Source of the DNA: Macrostomum lignano
Lineage: Eukaryota
Direction: 5' to 3'
NCBI GenBank assembly: GCA_002269645.1
Contig: NIVC01002193.1
Coordinates: forward strand, 62,001 to 126,000
Length of the DNA stretch: 64,000 bases
Numbering within the stretch: position 1 is the stretch's first letter; each line of letters starts with the position of its first letter. A program made the translations under genes and the position numbers. Positions 47,477 through 59,572 of this stretch are shown here, in pieces. The notes under the pieces were generated by a model. The model was given only the letters and a program-made list of their open reading frames with translations, was not told the DNA's origin and made no database searches.

Positions 47477-48632
47477 TGCGCCGGTTTGTCAGCATGCATT
47501 AATGAATTAACGGTGCGTTTAAACACCAGATTTGATATTTCCAGCGTTTTTACCCAAAGATCTTGTTTCTAAGAAAAATGTCTAAACACTGCTTCGAATT
47601 CGGAAGTTATCCAGATAGCCTGCACCAAATGGAAGCTCTACACAATACAAAAACTGTAAGAAAACGGAAGTCTTCAACAATACTGTACTATTACTACTGT
47701 AAGTACTAGTTAGATGAGAACGCAACACAAAATAATCAAAGAAAACAAATACACATTTAAGATATTGTAATGGTTTTATTGCTTAGTAACAGAGTTATAC
47801 AAGCATCGTATTTGGCATTAAACGTAGCAAACAAATCGCTTTGAGCAAAATTTCACAGGCACAAAATTGTTTTAGACTAAGAATCATAATAGCAAGATTT
47901 ACAATAATGAATGATCACAAAAGACAAACTGATTTTAGTCGGGAAATGTACATGCAAATAACATATTAAACAATAACCAATGCATTATAACACGACTAAA
48001 AAACACAGATAATATATAACTAGATTGGTCATTTGACTAATTGACTCGTGCACTACTTTTACTTCAAGTAGCTAACCAAGCATTTTGCTTTTGTCAACCG
48101 TTATAAAGTAACATAAAGAAATCAATATTAGTGCAGAGGCATTAAAAGCTATCACACTACTTAACGTTAAAAATTTTAAAACGGCTAAGCTATGATTTAA
48201 ATCCTAAATAACAATTACCTTAAAAGAAGTGGCCTGCGTTTATTGAAACTTTCGGCTAGGGCAATCTATTTTAGCAGACCGACATGCATAAACTCCAATT
48301 CAATGCATTTGCGGACACGATTTTTACTGCCAAATTTATCTTTTCAGATGCAGATTCTACTACCGTTCTAAAAGTAGAAGTAGTCACACGCATGGACACA
48401 GTGAATAGTGAAGAATGACCATTCTAGTTGTGTATTATCTGTGCTATTAACACAAACTGGCGCATTAAGTTTGTTACTAGTCGTATTATTTCAGTGTAGC
48501 AACATAGCAACACAAATAAGGGCCCCGGAAGCGATTTCGGCAATCAAGCCTTCAAATCTTCAAAAGCACGGTCCAGCTTCGGCAAAAAAGGCAACGGAAA
48601 AAATAACGGGCTAAACCTCGAAGAAACTAATT

Positions 48633-50854
48633 CTACTTTTGATAATCAAAAACTAACTCCATTACATCATGCGGAATCGGATTGTTAGAGTCGGTAATTG
48701 GGTTAGAATGCTGCTGCTGCTGCTGCGAGCACTCGTTCGTCACAGACGGAGACATAAGTGAGAGATCAGAGCCAATTGGACTGCAGACGGACACACTAGC
48801 AATAGAGCTAGCCAGTTCGCTCAGATTTTCAGGCGATCCGGAAGTGCCCCGTCTACGCAGAGGTACATAACCTGGAACATTGTCTTCGATCGGAATCATG
48901 TCGCGCAACATACTAGAGTTCTCAAGGGAGCCTGAGCGAGTAACAATTAAAGTCTGTGTAGACAGCGGATCGTCACAGAATTTGGCGAGCGCCGTTGAGC
49001 TAAAATAGCTTTCATTCTTGGGGCACCGATTCTCGATTCTGCAAGTAGAATTGCCTGGGGTGCACCCGTCTGTAGTTGAAGCTGAATAGCAAACTGTTAC
49101 GGTTGCTGTTGTCTCAGAGAACCTTAACAGAGCGAAATCTGTTTTATTTGACTCGCTTTTAATGTAACGCTTGATAGTATTGATAGCTTCCGACTTGGTG
49201 ATAAATCCAAAAATTTGACCTTTCATCCACATGCTATGGCCATGATCCTTAATGAACTTGACGCACGTGTACACAAAATCCCATAGCGACTTGGGCTTGA
49301 CCTCTCCAATGAATTGCACCTTGATAAGATCTTCGAACGTAATTCTATTAGCCTTGCCTGTCTTCTGCATCAGCTCGCTACACTTCTTTAGAAAGTATGA
49401 CCGATTGTGCCCCTCAAATCCATTCGACTTTATCTCGTCGAAAAAGTAACAGTCAATCAATTCAACGCATTGCTCGGCAGTTATTGAGTCATAACATCAA
49501 AGCCGAGACGAACGGGCAGAGGAAACATGTTCTCGTAAGCAATGCACGCCGAAGATTCCATTCTCTGGTTGTCGTTCGTGATGAATGTCACAGGGCGAGA
49601 CTGGCAAAACGTGGAAAACGAATCGCTGCTTTGAGCTCGAAAGCAGAAAACAAATTTTTGAGCCCAAACGGGATTTTTTCGCGTAGGTAGCTTAGCAACT
49701 TGCAATGATAGTTTGATCGAGAATTTGTTGCCGCGTGTCAACTGCAGACTATTCTTCTCGTGGAAGATTATTTTATTGGCGTCGCTTAGCTGATCCCAGT
49801 TGTCACTAACAGGCCTATTCTCCAAGTTTTTTACTGCTTCTTCATTTAAAAGCACCGCGTCGATGCCTAGGTTCTCGAATTGAAAGTATTGACTAAAGAA
49901 ATCACCAAGAAGGAGCTGCACTTCGAACTTAACGTGCTTCTTTTCGCGAATTACTTGGCACGATTGGGTCGACACGAAAAAGGATTTAAAAAAAAGCTGT
50001 CTTGCCTTTTCTTTAAAAGCATTTTCGTTTTGTAGAACTTGACTGGCTCTTTGGAGCTTTTCGAACCCATTGATTGTCACTGCTAAGGAATTTAATTCAG
50101 AATTCTTTATTTCATCATTGATGAGATCTCTCTTAAACGAACTAGAGAAGCAGGAAGCTAATTCCGTCATTGCCTCCAGTGCAGGACTAATCGATTCAGG
50201 ACGCAAGAATTCGCTGTCTTTAAAAGTTTTCAAGGCAGCTTCAATATCTTTCATTCGATTCGGAGCGTGCCCAACTTGCTTAGCGAATTTAGTCAGAACA
50301 ATGCTCTTCTCGGATACAGAGTCACACGATAATTTCCTCTTTAACAGTGTGATTTGTCTTGAAGTGGAAGTTGTGCCTGAAGAGGCAGCATATTTTAGAA
50401 GCGAAGCCTCGTAGTCTAGAAGTTCTCTGACGGCAAGTAGAAAGGAATAGCCTTGGTCGGAAAGAAATCGCTTGAACTCAAGCTCAAAGCACAACTTTCT
50501 ATCCTCCATTGCTAGATTAAGGCGATCTCCAATATCCCCAATGCTAGAACAGCACAAAGGCATTGCCTGGTCAAAGTATTTAAGAACGCGGTTATGAAAG
50601 TCTTTAACAAACGCGTTCAAGCCAATCCTTGGCTGCAGCAGTAGAAGTCGATTACTTTCGTCGTCAACATCCACCTGGTATAGCAAATCTAATCGCTCAG
50701 AAACTATACACTCATTTAAGATGCTCCGCAAATCTCTAGTAAAAAAATTTCCCATCACTTGTTGATAACGCAGCAGCAGACTCTGAATCATGGCTGGCTT
50801 ATCCAGCAAAAGTCTCTGAACCATTGAGAATTGGTCGCCAGACTGACATTCCAT
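48633..50854 (-). CDS. STAT: Divergent STAT-family transcription factor, intronless, ~740 aa; one apparent 1-nt deletion at 49493-49494
   Basis: DNA-binding-domain motifs FFVSTQSCQVIREKKHVKFEVQLLLG and SRPVTFITNDNQRMESSACIAYENMF; linker SLWDFVY...WMKGQIFGFITK; SH2 ALLRFSE (Arg 49124-49122); tail PGYVP (Tyr 48869-48867). Reading GAT GTT (T)AT GAC joins ORFs 49481-50854 and 48633-49460. Confidence 0.85.
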
Positions 50855-52614
50855 GAAAGTTCTAGATCTGAAGTTATGGAATAATGGTTACCAACTTACC
50901 ATTTTATCTTCAATTGAATTCAATCAAATTTTAATTAGTGATAAAAATACTAAACAACAGGGGGCACATGGTATACACCATAGCTTCAAGAGTTAAATAA
51001 TATAGCCTTTGCCAAAAAAGATCGTTTTTACCCAACAAGGCTTTTAGTTTGCCTAAGGACTTCCTGCACTCAGGAAGGTGTACATTACAGCAGAAAATTC
51101 AATTTAAATTTAATTGTGGCATTGACTGAATTTAATTGTTTACAACCAGTCTGATAGATGATTGATAAGAGAGTAGGAGATTATAAAGCTGGCCTGATGT
51201 GTCAACCCCTTAAACTGATTTGTCATACATGTGCAACTGCTGGCCGACCTGGCCGATCTGGTCACCATAAATTGTGGTGGAGCAGGGTAAGTCGCAAAAA
51301 TGCCACCACAAAGAATACGGACTAATTACTAATTACTAATTACTAAGTACTAATTAGATGCCGAGGCATTTCGACCTAATAAGACAGTCAAGGTTACTCC
51401 TGCCGTTTACCAAAAACTGCGTTAATTTTTTTAGTTTTTTTCACAGGTAAGTCACATTTTTGGTCAAAAAATAAGTAGCACGGCCAGTGTAAATCAGGGG
51501 GGTTGCGCATGTATGGATTTGATCTTGTTTGTTATTTTACAACATATAAAGGGTAGTTTAGTTGCAAATGGGTTTAGTAGCTAATGGGCCCAACTAGTTC
51601 AGATTTATTTGGCAGATTGATATATACAATATTTGAAAAAAACATTGTTTTTAATGCTTTCAATATTTAAATTTTTTATTTAAATGCCCCCTATGGGAGG
51701 CCTAATGTACTAGTATATACTAATATAGTAATATTATATGTATAACAAAGTGATTGTGATAAAATATATACTAATACTAGCTATAAAGCTAGTTTATGCT
51801 AAAATTTTCCTTTTTCCAAGATATACCTTATTAGTACTATTACCTTAGTACTAAAAGTAAATATAAATTTGAAATTAGTTTTTTAAACATAGGAAAAAAA
51901 CCTAGCCAAGCTAAGTAAATTGCAAAAATGCTTATTTAAAATATGCAACTTAGTACTAATTAAGTCAGAAGGCATTTTGTATTAGGCTAATAATATCACA
52001 CTCCGGATCATGTAATATATGCCCAAAAATTCTGGCATGCATTGGCCTTGCACACCAAAATTAGGCATACACAGTTGGCGTGCATCACTCCTGAGAAAAT
52101 AGTATGTGTGCACACCTGGTATGCACTTTATAAAATCATGCATAAGAAATATTTTAAAGTTGAAAAAAGATGAAAAAAAGTTCATTTTAAGTGCAAATTT
52201 CAAGCTTTCCGGTTTTTTTAAGCTTGTGAAAGAGCATTTAAACAAATCTTTGCATGTATAAATTTTTTGCTATAAATAGTATCGCCAAAAAAAGCATAAA
52301 AAGCAACCAAATTATCTGGTAATAAGGGTCTATTACGTAATTTAAAAAAAGGTATTTTATTTGTCACAACGTAAAAAGGTCTTTTATTGTCGCAACACCA
52401 GCATATTTTTAAAAATGAGAGTGCACTACATTTTTTTGATGTACATTTGTAATTATTCAATTTTTCTAATTTTTTCTTTTTTCTAATGGAAATCTGAAAA
52501 AATTAGGGAAGGGAAGGGCAACATTTAAGGCTACCCCACAAGCCTTTTGCTAGCCAAACAGTTTCGTGCTTTTTACTTAGCTAATAAGTAGGCTACAGTA
52601 GATTCAATTAGCTA

Positions 52615-52868
52615 GAACTTGTCGGCTGGCAGTTGTCAGCTGGCAGATTTCTTGGCTGGCAGTTGTCAGCTGGCAGTTTTCCAGCTGGCAGTTTTCTCGG
52701 CTGGCAATTGTTGACTGGCAATTGTCAACTGGCAGTTGTTGGCTAGCAGTTTTCCGGCTGGAAGTTTTCTTGGCTGGCAATTGTCGGCTGGCAATTGTCG
52801 GCTGGCAGTTGTTGACTGGCAGTTGTCGGCTGGCAATTGTTGGCTGGCAGTTTTCCGGCTGGCAGTTG
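52615..52868 (+). repeat. 14-bp degenerate minisatellite
   Basis: Unit GGCTGGCAGTTGTC and variants. Confidence 0.85.
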
Positions 52869-53219
52869 GGGTGCTCCCTATCTATATACAATATTTCTTA
52901 TATATACTTTACAAATACAGATACAAATACATACTAAAAAATAAGTGCATATTTACACTTTCAAATATAGGCCAGATTGCAATAATAAATTACTTTTTGC
53001 ATTGTGTAAAGAACTTTTTGGTTGATAATTTGGTTAGTTATTTATCTTTTCTGTCTATACTATTTATAGTAAAAGAATTGATACATATAAACATGGTTTC
53101 AATGCATCATTAAATAAGCTTAAATAGAATACTTGAAATTTATGCTTAAAAATAACTTTTTAATTTTTCTACTTAATAATTAACTTTTCTACTTATGATT
53201 TTTCTATGAAATAAACGGG

Positions 53220-53812
53220 TGCAGCCCATTTTGGCAAAGGAACTTTCGGCGAAAGACGCTTTGGCGAAAGTGAATTTTAAGTTTCAATAGATATACATTT
53301 CAGTGAAAGAAAATAACCAGTTTGGCGAAAACATGGGCTACATATACATTGCAAATATACCATTTTGATGATTGAAGCTTTTAATAAATGGTTTATTGCT
53401 ACAAATTATTTATAGTTAGAAAATTAAAAAAACTCATGACTTAGCTTGTAGCTATTTTATGTACATGGGATCTATTGATATGCAGTCAATAGATTAGCTA
53501 GTGATGATAATGGTGAGGTTTTTCAGATTATCCAGGCTTTTAAAATTGTACTTTGAAATTCTGCTGTAATGGAAGGGCATCTAATAAAACAACTAAATTA
53601 AACTGCGACAAAACAAAAACATGTCATGATAATATTAATCTTTATAAAGTTTGTCGTTTTTCTTTTTAACTTACTTCTAAAATAAAAAACTTTTCAGCGA
53701 AGCTTGGAATAAATTTTTCACTGAAATAGTGAGCTTTAGATGAAATGGTCATTTCAAAAGTATTTTTTGCCATTATTGACTTTTGCCAAAAATTCTTTTG
53801 CCAAAGTAGGTT
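53220..53812. mobile_element. Degenerate MITE with inverted subterminal TTGGCGAAA motifs
   Basis: CAGCCCATTTTGGCAAAGGAACTTTCGGCGAAAG resembles the reverse complement of CTTTTGCCAAAAATTCTTTTGCCAAAGTAGGTTG. Confidence 0.5.
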
Positions 53813-54861
53813 GAAAAATAAACACTAGGTGTATATGCATACTATTTTCTTAGGAGTCATACATAGTACATACCAACTTTGAACATCTAACTTTTGGTAT
53901 ACAAGGCCAATGCAGGCCCATATTTTTGGGTATATACTACATGATCCAGAATGTGGGACATGCACAGTTGGCATGCATAATACCTAATAAAATAGTTTTT
54001 TCTAAAATAATAAAAAAAGGAAAGAAAAATAATCAACTAAATTATCAGCCAAAAAGGGTCCTTTGCTTTATACAATGCAAGAAAGGTCATTTACTGTTGC
54101 AATTGCAACACAAAAAAGGTCATTTTATTGTTGCAATATTAACCTAGATTTAAGAGTATGGGTATGCACTTAAATTTTTTTGCATGCATTTGCAACAATT
54201 TAATTTTTGTCTGGGCATGCACCCAGCATGAATGCATGATGAAGACTATGGGGAGGGTTACACATGTACAATTTCAAATATACAAGCTAACTAGTAAACT
54301 ACTTGATAATAAAATATAGACAAGGTTATTTTAATAGCAATAGTATCGTGCAAAACGCGTCGTTCAATTAAATTAATTTAATGTTGATTTTTGCCTTCCT
54401 ATTTATCAAAGATTATTTAGATTGGGCTGCTCAGGTGTCAGCTTGCTATGTTTCTTGACAAAGTAAAGAAAAATAGCAAGCTAAAAGCTAACCTACGAGT
54501 ATGACTAATACAATCAGACCAGCAAACGAAGAGAAACCTGCAATGCGATAACCTAGGCTTTCGAGTGTTCATCAAGCGTTAATAAATTACAGTCTAGAAG
54601 TTAATCAATCAGTATAATAGAAATTTAAATAAAAATCACTATATGCTCGAGAAATAATTTTGAAAAAAAAAGAAACTAAGAAAACTCTATATGAAAAAAA
54701 ATATTATAATTCTCAAAGATATTATATGTTTTAGAATTGTTTCTTTGTTTAAAAAAGTAATATTTCCGTGGTCCACTGTTGAACTAGTTCACGAATTCAC
54801 TGTATCGGTGCAATATATATACATGTAATAATTCACTAGTTAAATTAATCAGAATGGCTTT

Positions 54862-55036
54862 CAGGCTCGGATCCAGAAAATTTTAGAGGAGGCAAGCTAT
54901 ACCAAGCACTACACCCCAATATTGAAAATATAGACCTCGCATAAGTTTGCAATAAAAAAGTATGGCCCAATTTTTTTGGCCGAGGCAAGCTGAGGGACCA
55001 TGCAGGCCCCTTGCCCCCCCCCCGGATGCGCCCCTG
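54862..55036. mobile_element. Small MITE with CAGG..CGGATCC-type termini
   Basis: CAGGCTCGGATCCAG ... CCGGATGCGCCCCTG. Confidence 0.45.
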
Positions 55037-56335
55037 CTGCCTTTGTGATAATTTCTGGTTGCCATTGCCATGCAGCTGTAAATCGATTTTGTATCGATTT
55101 CAAAGTCCGATTTTCTTCTGGAAAAGAAAAATAATTAAAGTGTGGGCGCCAAGCTATACTGTGCATCTTGAATTTGTGGCACATTTTGGGTTACATACAC
55201 GTTTTTTTGTACACGTATGCTTATGAGTTGCCCACTTCCTTGAAGAAATTCTGCGCCAGTATAGTCTGATGAAAGCAAAATAATGAACCTATGATAGTTT
55301 GTTGAACTTTTGCATCTTTCAATATAACTTTATGGTAGCTTGTAATCAGTTGCCTACGTCTTATTTTAATTTGGCTATCATGAAAATACATTAAGCTAAA
55401 GTTCAACGTTGATACGTACTACACGCATGTTCTATGTAACGAATACACCTAAGACCTAAACGCGGTATCTAGATACAAAATACATGCAGACGTACAACTA
55501 CAACTATCTGTTACAGTAGTTTTATGCTAAAATTAGATGTGATATTTGTAAAGCATAAAAGTACATGCAATTGTGCCATTTCTCACACTGCTCGTAAAAC
55601 AGGAAGAAATAATTCTGACCTCCGGGCCCGCGCATTGACCCATAAACAAGCCCTTAGTGGGTTTCCTATTGTCCAAAATCCATGCCATGCGGTGATGAAA
55701 GATAGATCATCCATATTTTTCCTGTTTGCCAAGTGCTGTAATCCATAGAATTCCAAATAGGAAAATTAAATCGCTCTGGTTGCCGAATCCATGAGTCAAT
55801 TCAGGTGCAATACAAGGTCGTCAATACGACAACGCTCTTTCGTGGCAGGATTTCTAAATCACATTTTCGAAAATTCTGTGGGATGCTTTAAAAAAGCAAG
55901 ACATTTCCACTTCCTACTTCCGATAAAACAAAATCGTGTGACACCCCATGGCCAACCCCCAGGGGATTCGTCATCGCTATATCACTGCCAGGGAATCCTA
56001 TTGGCTCGCTGCGCTCCCCAGGAAGCGACACTGAAAAATGGGGCCTACAAGTTGAGGCCCAAGTCCCCTCCCCATTCCCCCAATTTCTTGCCTGGTTAGC
56101 ATGCCTTTCGCATAAGGAATCATCAAAAAGAAGTAAACAAAAATAATTAAGACAGTGTCGAAGAAAATATTTGCTGCATTGCTTTTTAATTTAATATTTT
56201 TTTCTATATTGCTCAGTTTTGGAGAATAAATCAATATAAAAATCCTCCATTGCACTGGCAAATGGCAGGCAAGAACTCCCACTGAAAAGCAATTCTTGAA
56301 GACTCATTATGACTCCAGTAGGACTACAGACAGAC

Positions 56336-57675
56336 TCACTCACCCGATAACATTACCTTCTTTCTCTTTAAAGCTTTCTCGTTCTTCAAGTTGTCGTTGG
56401 TCTCATTCACGAGATTCTTCAAAAAGATTCTGACTGCTGGGGTGAGGATCCTGGAGAAGAAAATAACCTCAGGTCTTCCGCAAGGACACTTCTGTTTCAG
56501 CATGTCGCGGAACTCACCGGATCTGCTGATGTAATCCTGGCAGAGCTCCACGATACTCTGAACAGTTCCTCCTGAGTACAGCAGATCAGCAGTCAGCAAA
56601 CTCTTATCCTTCAGGTGGCCGAACACGAAGTAGGATACCTTCATTAGAAGAAACACGAAGTCACTGGGCACTTCAGACCACCACGATCACGCATCTGGAT
56701 CAAGGCGAAATCCTCAGCGCGGGCCTCATCATCGGATAGGAACTCCAAATAGTCGGCAGTGACCAGGAAGTTCCTGCAATCCTGGCACTTCAGCTGACCA
56801 CACAGAGACTTCGCGACATACCCACCAAGATAGGAGCACAGGTTCAGATCAGTTGATGAAAGAGCAGCACTCAGATGCTCCAGGCCAGGCAGCGACAAAG
56901 ACAACAGTTGTCCCTCAAGTTCCTCAGCTTAAGTCCATGAAACTTGAGCAAGCTCGAGACGCGGGTCTTCTTCTCCGCCTGAAAGATCTGACGCACGGAA
57001 ATGAAGAAGTTGCCACCGTGAAATTGGCGGTAGCGACCGAAGCGGCGCTCAATCCAATCGCTGACAATGCGGCCTGTCAAAACGGAAGGAAACGAATGCT
57101 CGGCCAACAGGTGCTCTGTGAGGTCAGCAAGAGTGAGGCAGCAGGATCTCACGGCTAAGAATGTAGGAGCAGTCAATCCAGGCAGCTTTGACTCCTCCCA
57201 TCGATGAAAAAAAGTGGCAAACCGGCGCAGCTTTGAGAGCCTTGGATCATTCGGAACCAACGGAGCAGCGTCCGGAAGCCGCTTCTCCTTTGCCTTCTTC
57301 GTGGTCCCAACATTCCACATCGTCCACAGACTCAGAATGAGCTGTAAGAAGGTGATCAGACCGATGGGAAACCTGTGGAACTTGGCAGCCTCCACTGTGG
57401 ACTCGCTGAAAACATTGGCAGCGTGCTGGACGTTTGTCTTCTCCAGGTTTGTCGGATTCAAGGACCTCCTGTTCAGCTTGTGAGCAATGTGGTTTGTGGT
57501 TTGTTCTCAGCTGCTCCAACTCGGAATCGGTCCACACGCGTGGAATGGCCGTGATCCACTTATTCAGGAGCTCCAACTGCGTAGATGATAGAAACTTGTG
57601 GATAGTCACGGTTGGATTCTTCTCATAGCGAGCATAGTTGGTGACGCACAGAGGAACGCAGCACTTGTAGCCCAT
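56336..57675 (-). pseudogene. Internally deleted, frameshifted P-superfamily (THAP-type) transposase
   Basis: THAP start MGYKCCVPLC...HKF...KWITAIPR; then IAHKLNRRSLNPTNLEKTNVQHAANVFSES, VLTGRIVSDWIERRFGRYRQFHGGNF and YLGGYVAKS...CQDC...RGGLK.PS across three frames. The N-terminal catalytic half is missing. Confidence 0.8.
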
Positions 57676-59572
57676 AGTGGGAACGATCAGGTAGTTTCAA
57701 AATGCGATAGAGTGGAATTGAGAAGATTGCGAGTCAGTGCTCTTCGAGACAAACTCGCAACGTATATAGGGGCAAAGAACAGTGAATGTGCAGTAGAGTA
57801 CAGTGTGAGGGAAGAACGCACATTAATTTTCCTATGCACTTCCGTCCCACAGGAAAGGCTCTTTGTTCCACGAACTCGTACATACACAGCAGCGCAGCGA
57901 GGATCTCCTGCCCATTCTGTTATTTATTCTCCCCAACTCTCAACTAAAATTACTCTTCTGTTATTTTTCGTCCCCATTTGTGGGAACCCTCCCTACAAGG
58001 AAGGGTTTACTCACAAAAACTCCCGAGTCTCGAAGGCTCGAAGGCTTGGGCCTCAACTTGTAGGGCCGGGAGGTGGGGTGGTGCGGGACCAGTGTCGGTT
58101 CCTGGTGAAACAAATAGGATTCCCTGTCACTGCCCCCCTCCAGCGCTCGCTAAATCCTTACCGCGCCATCAATTGCCCTCCGAGTCCCCACATCCAGGGC
58201 CGGAAACGCTGCCAGATGCGCTCTCATTGGCTAGTGTTCCATGCACCCCAGACCCGATTCTCCAAATTTGTTGTGCGCCAAGAAGATGGTGATGCGAATA
58301 TAAAGAAGAAAGGAAAGCTTTGACACACTAATTCAAGTCTTTGTTTAGTGTGTGTTAGCTTCTGGCCTTCTGGTCTCTTGCCCTGTCTCTCTATCCAATA
58401 CCAGGCCAGCCCCAACCACCCCAAGGGTTCGTTTTGCAAAGCTTTTATAGCACCCCTCCTTGCTCTCTGCATCACTTCTAGCTAGTAACGAATTTTGCTA
58501 GGAACTGGACAAGAAGGCAAGGCTTCTTTGTTCCTTTGCGATTAAACAGCTACAATATATTGCAGGCTACACAGCTGCTTTCGAAAAGTATAAGAGTTTT
58601 CCAAACGACAATAATTGAGTCAGAAGAGCTGACGACACCTCTCTGCTTGGAGAAAGGTAAGACTTTATTACTCAACTTTCCGTCTTGAGTTCAGTTTTGA
58701 AGACCAGAAGAAAAAGCAGTCAAGTATGCAAATTGTAGCTCAGCTCACGCTTATGGTAACTCATATCAAGGCATGCGGACTCGTGCTCATGCTCAAAATC
58801 CCTCAAAATCCTCACAAATCCTCCCGGATGCTCCCAGAGCATTAATTCCTCGCAAGTTAGTAGAATATAATTTCAGCAATTCTTCAGCTTGCAAGGAATT
58901 CTCACTACACTCGAAGTAAAACGCTTAGCAGATCGAGTCGAAGGAGGGCTCACAGTGTCAGTAAAAAAGCAAGCAAGTCGTTTGGCTGAATGGGCCTCCT
59001 CCAATCAGCGACTGATAATGGGCAGCGGAGACCCACGCCGCTGGACGGCTCCTGTCTCTCTTTACGCGACCCAGCCAGTTGCCAAGCAGTCGGTCCAAGT
59101 TTTCTCTTGCATTTGTGTGCGCAGTCAGCGCTTCTGATAAATAATAGATTTATCCGATATTTGAATGCCTAATATAGTTGATAAAAAGGGTGGTTATCGA
59201 TAGTTTCCATTCATCGAGTCAGTGAGTACTTTTAGAATGCACATTATCCATGCATATGACGTTGACTATTATTAATTGACTATACAATACTCTGCTGCAC
59301 ATTCCAGATGTTCTGAAATAAGCTGTTTGAACTGCAGAAGCACTCCGAGATTTGAAGTCATTGTCATAACTTGCCCAACTAACCTGACAACCGGGACAGT
59401 CCGGAAAGGATCATTATGTCAGACATTCGAGGCTTCAATCATCCAAGCTGCGAATCGGCTTCCTTCCATCCGTACAGCCCGGCAGTGAATGGTGCACTAG
59501 CGCTGACTGCCTTCACAGCTGCATCCTCATCCGGTAAGGGCATTGTCAATTCATCTTGGGCTTTTTGCATGC

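Noticed and set aside
9500-49495. Programmed -1 ribosomal frameshifting at the three frame breaks
   Set aside because: No slippery heptamer at any of the sites; one lies in a short homopolymer typical of sequencing deletions.
58550-58656. LQYIAGY fragment as a second P-transposase remnant or exon
   Set aside because: Only a 5-residue motif followed by an early stop, with no supporting flanks.
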